64,000 bases of DNA from Phoronis australis (taxonomy: Eukaryota > Animalia > Phoronida): the NCBI GenBank assembly GCA_002633005.1, contig NMRA01000249.1, forward strand, positions 267,456-331,455, read 5' to 3'. Positions 50,355 to 61,210 of this stretch are shown in pieces. The notes under the pieces are model-generated. The model was given only the letters and a program-made list of their open reading frames with translations, was not told the origin of the DNA and made no database searches. Position numbers and translations under genes: made by a program. Position 1 is the first letter of the stretch. Every line of letters starts with the position of its first letter.

Positions 50355-53300
50355 GTAAAATAATGTATACTCGTGTAAATGTGATTAGACTTCTTCAGGA
50401 CAACAGTAATGTTAGACAATTTGAAATGTAACAGCGGTCTATAAACTACTAAAGAAAAGTAAAATTATGTTCCCAATTTGCACGTAATTGTGACTTTTAT
50501 TTCATATATCTTCGAATCTGTGGATCGTGACAAAACACTTGCCTGAGGGAGACCGATTGACACATTTGCCAGCCAAAGGAAATGTACAAGGATTCGAACT
50601 CACTTATTTTACGATATACCCTTGATTATACAGATATTCTATTGTTGTTGAATTATAAAAATTCGCCCTCTGAAAAATTTAAAATAGAAATTAACGAAGA
50701 AAAAATCGTTTATTTTTGTATTTTAACCCAGAAATGAACAAAAAATAGAGCTTAACACGAATGCCCATCTCCCATGTTCCCACGGTTACAATTAGAAAAT
50801 TTGCGAGTATGCCTGCGGAAAATGCTTACCACATTACGCTTTGATAAACAAATTCTTTGGTTTCGGATGTACATGTAGATATGTAGATGTGTATGTACTG
50901 TAACTAGGAAATCCGACAAATTCACAGGATGGTATTTGAAAATGAGAGGGTACAGTTGAAATCTTAGTGATTTTAATGGCTGCCTGAAGTTGTAAAAATT
51001 CTAAAATCCGATCCCCAATTAGTACAGTACACTTAGACGATTTCTGCCTATCTAAAATAACACTCAAAGTCATCTGATGAAATTGGGACAGTTTCCAAAA
51101 ATATACTCATAATTCAAATGACTATAAAGCCATTGATTTTGGCTACGGTAGGAGGAGATCATAAAGGAATTATGTCATTAAATCAAGGTAAACGTATTGC
51201 TCATGGAATCCATTGTTAGTTTCTGATTTAGATGTTATGTTTCTACGAAAATCGACTGATTGATTGATTATTTCTTGAAAATTAGAAGCTAATTTTGTAA
51301 GAAATGACGAGGCTTCACAGATCTTAGTTCGACATTGGGAAAAGTCGATCTATCATCAGATCGCCAAATATCAAAGTAAACTAAACGATTTTTCTTTATA
51401 TGAAATAGGTCCCGACTATATTGATTAATGTCACACAGCTCCACGAAGTGTCCCAAAATGTCCTCAAAATTCAAATGGCAATGATTTTTATTGACTATGG
51501 AACTAGATTAGTGGCTGTGGATTGAAAAAGAAGTGGGGGTGGAGGGGGGGGGGGGGCGGAGGTGGTGGCCATAAGAAGAGGGGGTAGTTTGGTGAAGTAC
51601 CCCCCAATAATTTTTTTGCTTCCTGCGGGCTGATGGAACATTATATTGTCATTTATCCTTTGGTGTATCAAAATATATACCATCTTTCGTAAGAAATTAG
51701 GACATCCCACAGCGGTGAAAAATTACAAGCGTTTTAATGACAGGAAAGGTTTTTGCATCAGTCAAACCTTCAAACCACATTCATGGGGGAGGCAATGGAC
51801 GCCATCTGGTGAGCTCGTGAGTTTCAATATGGCCCTTTTGAAAGTCAGGTATTGCTAAAATGCGCAAGTATTGTGCTTCATGGGAAATGCCATGCGGCTT
51901 GTTAAAGCTATGACTGCATGATAAACCTGAAATGATACATTTACTATCCTCATACTTTCGTGTTACTCGATATATTCAGCAGTTGGCGTGAAAGAAAACT
52001 CACGAGGAATTAAACTGGCCATTGAGAAACGTCAAACGTCTAAACCAAGACATGCAGATTAAGAACCGGTCATCGAGATTTTTGCACGACATTTACCAAT
52101 TGTTTACCAGTCTGCTTTTTCCACAGGTGGCGGAGTGATTTGGGCGTGAGATAGGGGATGTATCATCTTAGTGATGTCTGGTTTGTTTAAATTAGCTCGC
52201 TTTAACCAAAACGGGCATTTCCAGACAGAAAAGCATAACAATTTATTTTGTGCAAGGCACTAAACACATTTGTCAAGTGTGCAGCTACCTATCTTTGTCA
52301 ACTCGCCATTTCATCTAGACATGTGTGAGGGTTTCCTGGGCGCTGATTTGTAGTTCGACACTCGCTTACTCCACCCTGATTTTGGTAAAGGGCCTATCAA
52401 TTACAGATGTAAACTATAGAAATATTTTATACTCTTCTAACTTTGATATAAGGTTGATATTGCGTCCAGGCTCTGAACTCACTCCACCATTAGTTTACAT
52501 AACTGATAACTCGACCAAGGGTCATGACACCATCTGTATGCCATGCCACAGAGTGAGTTTTTCTTAAATGGATCAATTTATGAAATGTTTAAGCGTATTT
52601 TTGACAAAAGTGAGTCGATTTTGACCAAAGACATACCGTTGTGGTTCACTATGACCAAAGATATACCGTTGTGGTTTATATAGTACTATTAGCATTCAAA
52701 ATTAAAAGAGAAAATACAACAGTTGAGATAATCGAATGCTCTGGCCCATTCCACTCACAGACAGAAGGCGGCTTATCACGTTCGTAAATGAAACGCCAAG
52801 CTGAAGCGTGACCGCAACTGCTACAGTACATACATCGTGCTTGTAATGTGGCCGTCCGCAATAATCTATTCCAGTTCATGGGCGCCGGACATCAGACACT
52901 GAGCGGAATGGACAAATGTAAATATGATGTTTTGATACGGGTCCTTTTGAAGTGAAGTTTCGTATAACATTCAGCATGGCAATGGCATAGGAGTAAAATT
53001 ACTAAAGGGAGGGTTTATCATGTAAATTCAGAAGAGTTGATGCCTCGATGTGGGCAAAATAAAATGTTTCGTCATTAAATTTTAATTAAGAATACGTGTA
53101 TAAGACAATTCAGTGCAAATCGCTCAGTGTGGGGACATTCACTTTCCATACAGAAAATTCAGTTTCACAAGCTTTGAAATCAGCAAACGTTTTGGAAAAT
53201 GATAGGAATTTGAAAAGTTTATCTATTAGAAAGTAAAAGATGTACTCTGGACATGTAGTACACCAAAATGGCACCAAAAACCTTATTCTCAACAATTTTG

Positions 53301-53834
53301 AGAGACAACAGAGTTCCCATATCGAAATTTGTCATAACCAAAGTTTTGATGAAATAGTTGACTTGCACTGAAGTTTGTGGCTATACGGCAATTACAAGAA
53401 CACACGATTTATATATCCTTGAAGTGTGACCTCGTTTTCAATGTGACATATAATCTCAATTAATAATCAACGCTGCCAATCAAAAGAAACGTCAAGTGAT
53501 TTTTGTTAAGTTACTTGAATTTCTGGAGATTCGAAGTTTGCATGAAGTACTTGATTTTTTTCATCAAATCAGATTAAAAGTTTTTCACCATCAAGGTTTT
53601 TCCAGTTGAAGCTGAACAGACAATAACTGTACATGCTGGCAGTTACGAGTGTGTAAGTTTACTAGCAGGCAATGGTTATGGAATAAAACAAATGCTAAAA
53701 TGCCTTATTAAAGTTCACACCACGACGTGCTCTTTATGCAATAATTAAAATTAAATTCCTCAAATGTAGTCACATACATGTATGGACAAAATCAACGTAC
53801 ATTTGAATGGTGTGATACGATAGAAACGTTGAGG

Positions 53835-54682
53835 GTTCCAGGATTGTTTTAAAACACCTTGACTCCTAAGCCCCGGCCACGACCCATCGACCAACCACCT
53901 CCTCGACCCACATCCCCCACGACCCACAACCCCCTTGACCCATGACCTGTAGAAATAGATCGACGTATCTGCTCATTTTGCACATTTTATGATCATATTG
54001 CGTCACTGAATGACTTTACATGAAACGTACATGTAACTACACGCGAATCGGCTCTGGCTCAAGTCTGTTGGTTAAAAACAGAAAGTAGCGTAAGCACATG
54101 ATCAGAACTAGTGAATTAAGAGCGTACTATCGCTGTCACGGAAATAGTTCCAAGAGCGACTACCAATGACCCTGCTCTCTTAAACTTTGGGAAGGAATGC
54201 ACATAGTTTTACATTTTTATTATTTGCTTTCGTATACACCTTCACAAAAGCTCCGACCGTGTAATATTCAAATACATTTTTAGTTAAAGATTTTTTTTTT
54301 CAAACTGTATTTATTGAAGCAATTACATATTTATCGGTTCCTTGCAACTCTCCCAAAAAAGCTTGAATTTGCTATTCACTGAAGAGCACACTCTGCCGGA
54401 AATGCCATTTGTAACTTTGGTACATGTAGTACATGTAGGTCTGTCATTTGATTTTGTCGCGATGTTTTTACTTCTGTTTTTGGCTTTCAGACTTGTCGAA
54501 TCGGCTCTCTTAATTTCAACAAAATAGGGAAAAGCCGGCCGAGCTCACTGCCAAACTCGCTGGTCCTGCAAGTCAGCGCTGTTCTATTTTCATATGGAGT
54601 CGAGCTTTTGTACACTACGTTGAGGGGATTATGGGTCGTGGGGGTTGTAGGATATGGGGATAGAGGGTTTTAAGTTGGCCCC
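53835..54682. mobile_element. Second copy (opposite orientation) of the 41660-42445 element
   Basis: CAGGATTGTTTTAAAACACCTTGAC start, CGACCC repeats, CCATGACCTGTAGAAATAGA matches reverse complement of 42303-42322; G-rich right end. Confidence 0.6.
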
Positions 54683-55289
54683 AAGATTGACGGGTTAGGT
54701 CAGTTTGAACTTACGAAGAACGACGCTCTGAAGAATATGGGAGTCGGTAGATTAGTTCAGTTTTTGGCATCCAGATGATTCCTTCCATTCAACATGGCGA
54801 TATCACTACCGGGAAATACTGCGAGCAGAAGTTTGACGATAAAATACTCTAGGGAAATGGTAGGAGATATTTTCATGTATTTCGTGCCGACGTTTGGATT
54901 GGAATCGAACGATAACAAAATCGTGAGTCGTCATATTTTAAAACAATTACCAGACCAGCGACTTCGAGCAGTGATGCCTTATGCATTCAGCCGTTACTGG
55001 TTCTCAGGTTACTTTAGGTTATTTTAGAGGACTGTATACAGTACTGCAAAAAACAATGCATACCTGACCATTCTGGGAAGTCACAATGCTCTCAATCTCA
55101 TTTCTTATTTCCCCCAAGACATTTAAAAGAGAATGCCACTCGATTTAATTAGTGTTTTTACCATCTCAATCGGTATATATTCACATGGCCTCTTATACGG
55201 TCGACCTCACCTTGCCGAGAGGTGTCGCGTTAACCTGTAAGAAAGGTGAGAAACGACGCAGCGACGTCAGTGGTTCGTCTGCAGAGTGA

Positions 55290-55584
55290 ATGCCGCTATA
55301 TTGCGGTGCATCGTTCCCGCTTGTCCGAGCTATGAAGCTGCGAAGAAAGCAGGTATATCGTTTTTCGACTTTCTCGAGAGCCCTACATGCTTAGGAAGTG
55401 GCTCGCGGTAGTGAAGAATGAAAGGTATGCTGTTAATAGCAAGTATGAGGCCGTAAAATATCTCCGTGTCTGTGGCCGGCATTTCGTCGACAGTGATTTC
55501 TCTGACGACTTCCTGCTTACCAAAGAACGATCCATACGTTCCGTTGCCTGTGTACGTTCACGGTACCTCTCTATTAATTCTTGA
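55290..55584 (+). pseudogene. Frameshifted THAP zinc-finger domain (second transposon relic, gene 2 intron 2)
   Basis: RCIVPACPSY...GISFF then LRKWLAVVK...LRVCGRHFVDSDF: THAP C2CH pattern. Confidence 0.78.
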
Positions 55585-56239
55585 TCAGTGTATTCCTGTT
55601 CGAAACCTAATGATCCGACCCGTGAAGTCTTCGTCGGATGCCAGTGTGCTCTTGACTAAGTCGGGATTGGCGGCGGGCGAGTTGTCATGTAGACGTTTAT
55701 TATTCTGCGTTCTGTTTCAAAATGAATTATTCTCATCCTAAAATGATCCTAACCATGCTTATATGAAACTGAAACAAAGTGTGTCTCATTAGATACACTT
55801 TGTAACGCCTTGGAATGCCCACGCGTGCAGATGTTTTGAGAAGCCAGCAATGAATAAACCACTGCGTTACCGGCTTTTGATGCCGGCAACAAAGGCACCG
55901 AGGCAGTGTGAGAGCATGCTAATTCAGTGCTTGCTGATAGAAAGATGTGGTTGTAAAACAATTACTCGATTTTATATGCTATGGTCACATGTTATGGGAA
56001 TCTTCATTTAGAAATACAAATATATTACATTATTCAAATCATTTGGTTACTGTACATCCTTTGCCCTGGCGGTCTGTGGAAGGGGAACCCGACTTTGCGG
56101 CCCCCGACTACTAAGTAGATTTTTAGTTTCGTGGCTAATTCACATAAATTATTACGTGCACATTAATTCTTTGGCTCACTATTACAGTCTTTTCGTGACT
56201 GGAGGCTTAGTTTCCACCTCAAGCTGGTTTATGTTCGTG

Positions 56240-56352
56240 TCAGTCCCGGCGGCCGCGACGGTCCTGATCGGGTTCCGAGCCACTGGCCGCGATAATTGAG
56301 TCAGTCCGGCCGCGACGGGCCTGATCGGGTTCTGAGCCACTGGCCGGGATAA
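56240..56352. repeat. GC-rich about 60-bp tandem duplication
   Basis: TCAGTCC..GGCCGCGACGG.CCTGATCGGGTTC.GAGCCACTGGCCG.GATAA twice. Confidence 0.85.
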
Positions 56353-57670
56353 CAAGCGTTTTGAGTTGTTAGAACTCAAAAAATCACAAGTATAAACAAC
56401 ACATATCTAGATTCTCCGGTCTGTATTTCACAGAAGAATACTTCGAATTTATCTCCTTATCTCCAAACAGACCCCAAACTCCTGCTACAGACATTGGTAA
56501 ATTGGCCTGCGCGAACTTTTTAGGCTACGGTGTGTCCAAATACCAGTAAATCCGTAACAGCGAAATACATGTAAAACAACATGTTTTTATAAGAACTCGA
56601 TGTATTTTTAAGGAGTTTACATCGAAGTTTGATGATTTATTGGTATTAAAAGATGAATTCAAGCGATAAGCTGACGCCACTAACCCGTGTTGTGAACTGC
56701 TGAACAGACTGCGTGTGAAACCAATTACGTCATTGAATAATTTCAATACTTCCGTCTGCCGTCAGGTGTCAGGTAACGCAACCGAGCCTGCCGTTAACGA
56801 GTAGAACTACTCGATCTAAAGTGATACAAAATAGGTTGTTTTTGGGCAGCGTTCTCCTTTAAACCATTTGTGCGGCAACTTCTTGGAGCCGCGAGATCAT
56901 TCCCACTCTTCCCTCCATGAGAAGGGGCAGTGTTTAGACGGGAAGAAGTCCACACCAAACTCGGAATGAGACACATTGTCTGTGCCGTAGGCTCAGCAGC
57001 CAAGTCCTTGTCAAATCCATCTTTGATCAGCAGAATGTTTCATTCTGTTACATTTTCCGAAGTGTTTATGTAGTGCAGATATTAGATCTCCGTCACATGA
57101 TTAACATTATCTACACTAATTTCACGGCTGACTGTACATGGGTGGCGCAGCACTGAAAAAAGGTGGGTGACTAGAGCCCTCGCACCCTCGGTGGTGCACC
57201 TCCCATAGAGCATGAGAGGCGCAGCAATGAAAAAAGAGGCGGGCTATAACGTCCAGCCCCTTACGGTGGGCCGCCCATGCTACAGAACACTTTGCTGTCG
57301 ATGTTTAAAACAACGAACAACCCGTATCTGCTCACATCTTTGAACTTCCTTTTTTCTTTTATACTATCAAAACCTTAATTCTTGTTCTAAGTGCCGTCAA
57401 ACTATTATTTTCTATTAAAATAAAATATTTTTAAAACCAGTATTCATTGAAAAATAATATTTGAGATAAAATGTTTCATCTTCAACTGGCGATTGTGAAG
57501 ACAATTACGCGAAAGTGCCAAGGGTTGTCAGGAATGGGTGATTTATCCCACAGCTAATATGGTATTATGGTACCTCTTAACACTTACGCTAAGGCACTTC
57601 AAAGTGCGCGATTTTACTCGTTATTGTGGATAAATTAACTCTGTGTTTGACCAATACAGTTGCTTTTCAG

Positions 57671-57936
57671 AATGAAGATGGCCTATTCTAATGACGCCGA
57701 CAATTTCAAGCACAACGAGGTCTTTGTCCAGAAATACTTGTTTGATATTGCTCCAAACGATACACTGGAGAACACTCAGAACTTTTCCTTCTCAACGCAC
57801 ATCAGCGAAAAGGGCGGTTTTAATGGCCAAATGCAATGCAGTGCTCACCTGAGCTTTGTGGACACCGCTGGACGTCAGCAGGACAAATCACTGACGTTGA
57901 GAAACGTTCCGCGAGTGTACGCATACTCGGCGTCGG
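57671..57936 (+). CDS. Gene 2 exon 3 (MKMAYSNDADNFKHNEVFVQKYLFDIAPND...GQMQCSAHLSFVD...YAYSAS)
   Basis: TTTTCAG acceptor, 88 open codons, G|GTGAGT donor; phase 2-1 fits neighbours. Confidence 0.78.
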
Positions 57937-59702
57937 GTGAGTACTGAAAACTTAGACCTCAAGAAAGGGGTACCGGAAGCATTACATTGTCATATCCCAG
58001 TTAAGGTTTCAGTCTAATCTGTGTTTCATTGTAGTGTGGACTACTGTCATAACCACTGCATACGTTTCCAATTTTGGATTACGACTAGTGCCCGGTTTCG
58101 AAATTCATTTCACAGTGTTTTCAACATGACCAATGCAGGGCGATGCTTTACCGCCTGGTCTCGTTCCCCAATGATTTTGCATTTACAGTAACTTCCAATG
58201 AATTTTCCTAGTGTCACAAGTATCGTATGGTTTTAATAATATTATTTTGGGAGAAATTGTATGTAGGAACAAGATATTGAAAGCAAAAACAATGATACGG
58301 CCCGGCATGGAGGGCGTTGCCATTATAGAAAAATGTCATCTTTACGCGAAATATTCAAACTGACTAGAACAGAATGCTCAATTCTAGTCACATCACAGAC
58401 CACCTGTCAACACTACATGTACAACTTCATGTTGTATAACGATTTTACGTATGGCTTTCACATTATTGGGGACAAATAAAACAACAAGAATAATATATAT
58501 TTTGAGGTGTATTGGGAATTTCAGGGTCACAGCTCTACAAATAAATATTTCACAGAAAGAAACAGATAGGTTCCTTAGTTACAAGAGATAACACTCACAT
58601 TTCCGATACCCAAAGTGTAATTGAGTAGCGGATACCAAGTGGCACATTATCATGGGATCTAGGCGCCACCTTTGACCTATGTCAAACGCTTTGTTTTGAA
58701 TGAGGCTCAGCAATTATTTCTTCTTGAAACCATTTTAAATCCAATGAAAGTACAAAAACATTCGTATAAAAGTGCAGAGAACGCAATATTTTGGATATTT
58801 TTGGAAAATTCGATTCGAGAGTTTTTTTTTTAATTTGTTTGCACCACCGAGATCTATCTATCTCCAGGATATTCTACATGTACATGTAACTGTATAGCAA
58901 TTGGATTTAATTTTGCTTTTTTTGCTATTGCATCCGACTTGTTATGTTTAAACTGTTTGTTCACCAGAGTCCATTGCATGCAGTAAGGCACGCTTAGCGC
59001 TAGTCGCCGTAACTGTTCTTGTTATTCAATGAGTACAGGACTGTGACTAGTCCGTAATTATAGGTACTGTAAGCGATTGAAACCACTTTTGTGTGTATGC
59101 GGCATTGATGATTTGAACCATTTATTCCAATAAAACATACGGCGACGACATGCCCTCTCCTTTCACGAGTGCTTGTCTCGATCCGCACCGGGTCATTGGC
59201 TGCAAGACGGATTCAGGCAAATTCTTTCAAAAATTATTTGCCACATTTTGTCAACAAATTCAATACTTTTGGTTTTATTAAAGTTACTGTTGTCGGTTAT
59301 TTCATCCCCGTTTGCAGGCTGTTAATAGACACTGTTCCAGTCGCACAGAGGGCGTTTTTGAACTATACTTCCACTTTTGCGTTTAGTTCAAAATGGCGGT
59401 GTGTTTTTCGTGTCAGAATCATGAGTGGCGTGTTTATTTAAACTCTCTTCAACTACGAATTGTGCATTGTTTATGGGATAGGTACTTCTTGGGCCCTTAC
59501 AACTTAATATAAATATTTAATAAGGGTTAAAACGTGTGCTACTAGGAATTGAAGGTCGATCCATAGGTAACCCCAAAGTGTGCGCAGTCAGCTCAATAGG
59601 GGAAACAAGTACAGTTAAGACACTGCAAAACGCTGTGGGGAAACCAATATACTGTAATCATCTCATGAAGTTTGACTAATTCGTAGACCATGTTTATTCT
59701 AG

Positions 59703-59867
59703 TGGACGGAGCTTGGACTGAGTGGAGCTTGGAACAGTCTTGCGTCGTATCTTGCGGTGAGAATACTACTTTCAGAACAAGGAATTGTACTAATCCTGCA
59801 CCTGTGGGGAATGGTGCGGACTGTCCTGGAGACGAGCTTGACGGCTGTTCCACCGAAGAATGCATAG
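59703..59867 (+). CDS. Gene 2 exon 4: thrombospondin type-1 (TSP1) repeat (VDGAWTEWSLEQSCVVSCGENTTFRTRNCTNPAPVGNGADCPG...)
   Basis: VDG.W..WS, CS/VSCG, R.R.C.NPAP..G..C.G signature; TTCTAG acceptor phase 1. 3' end uncertain (donor at 59868 or 59874, or stop at 59893). Confidence 0.88.
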   Translation, partial: WTELGLSGAWNSLASYLAVRILLSEQGIVLILHLWGMVRTVLETSLTAVPPKNA

Positions 59868-60710
59868 GTACATGTAATGCAGGCAATTCCTAGTGTACAT
59901 TATCAGTATAATATATGAAACAGTAATCAGGTGTGCGTCATTCAAAATGGAGTAGTTTCGCGTTTTTTTATAAGATACATACAGTAGAAGTTGCAAGCAG
60001 GAGCACCGTATTTCTGCGTATCTTTTCATTTTTGCTTATCGAACATTTATTAATGCATTTTAGGGAAAAGAAGATTATTAAAGGGTTGATGAACATAAAA
60101 TTAAATTAATTCAATAGGCAGGGGATATAATATAGTTTTTGTTCTAGTAGATGGTTCAGACAAATCCCTTGGAGTACCAATTTTCTAAAGTCTCTGGTCT
60201 GAAACCCAATACAGAAAAACATGTTTCTCACCGATAGCGGTTTGTAGGTTTAATCAGAATAAATGACCAGCTTTTGGTCAAGCAGTTTTAAGTCGTGATT
60301 TGCAAAAGTATTTGAACGAGAGCCTTTTCATCCTGTGCGAACAATGAGGATTCTTTAAAGAAGCGGGTTTACACAGATTGCTCCGCTTGTGTTGGTGTCG
60401 TTTGTCATCTCTTGTCAGTGATGATCGCAGATCGCGTGACACGTACATGTATACACCCCGGCCAACCCGCGATCGAGAACGCCCGGAAGGCGATTGAGAA
60501 CGAAATTTGGGGCGAAAAGCGAAGCCAGGCAAGGTGAGTAAATTTGATGAATTTTCGTTGTTTTTACTTCCAATGTGAAAACAAAGACATGAGTTCAAGG
60601 CGCAACAGATTCAGGAATGGCAGGTACACTGTAGAGGTTTAAGCTAGTGTCTCTTCCAATTATAGGAGAAAAATTACGTTGACCGAGGCATCGCATGAGC
60701 AGAAGGNGAG

Positions 60711-60716
60711 GTGCGC

Positions 60717-60751
<35 letters not shown>
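60711..60751. repeat. (GT)n microsatellite next to a single-N contig join
   Basis: GT array at about 60718-60751; N at 60708. Confidence 0.9.
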
Positions 60752-60752
<1 letters not shown>

Positions 60753-61151
60753 ATTTATGTTCTGTTACATACATGTAATAGAACTGGCCACTTTCCCAGG
60801 AATTACCATAGACCTTAGGAATTCACGTTAGGCTTCGTGGAAAATAGCCTTTCTGAAAGGCTGCATTCATTAACTAGCCAGAAGGAGGCTCTGGTCCAAC
60901 AACCTCTCAACATCTTGACGGGAACGCATCGTAGTGTGCAGAACAATAATGAGCTTTTTACTTATAAAACGTGAAAAAGATTACAGAATAAGTGTGGTGC
61001 AATTAATTAATCACATTTTGCGTCATTACTGTGTTACTTTCGTATCAAAACTGAACAACAACATAGCATATTTCTATCATTAAATTGCCATGAGCACTAC
61101 ATGTACATCAAGCATAATTTTAGTTTCGCAAACGAATTTATTTCATTTCAG

Positions 61152-61210
61152 AAAACAAGTTCACTGTTATTGTGAGGCGAACTTCAACGAACATGTTACC
61201 CACGGCGTGA
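61152..61210 (+). CDS. Possible terminal exon of gene 2 (ENKFTVIVRRTSTNMLPTA*)
   Basis: Good acceptor TTTCATTTCAG; phase-1 reading gives a short tail and TGA. No homology support. Confidence 0.3.

Noticed and set aside
51535-51605. G-run as a regulatory G-quadruplex
   Set aside because: Looks like the G-rich end of a common MITE-type repeat; no independent support.
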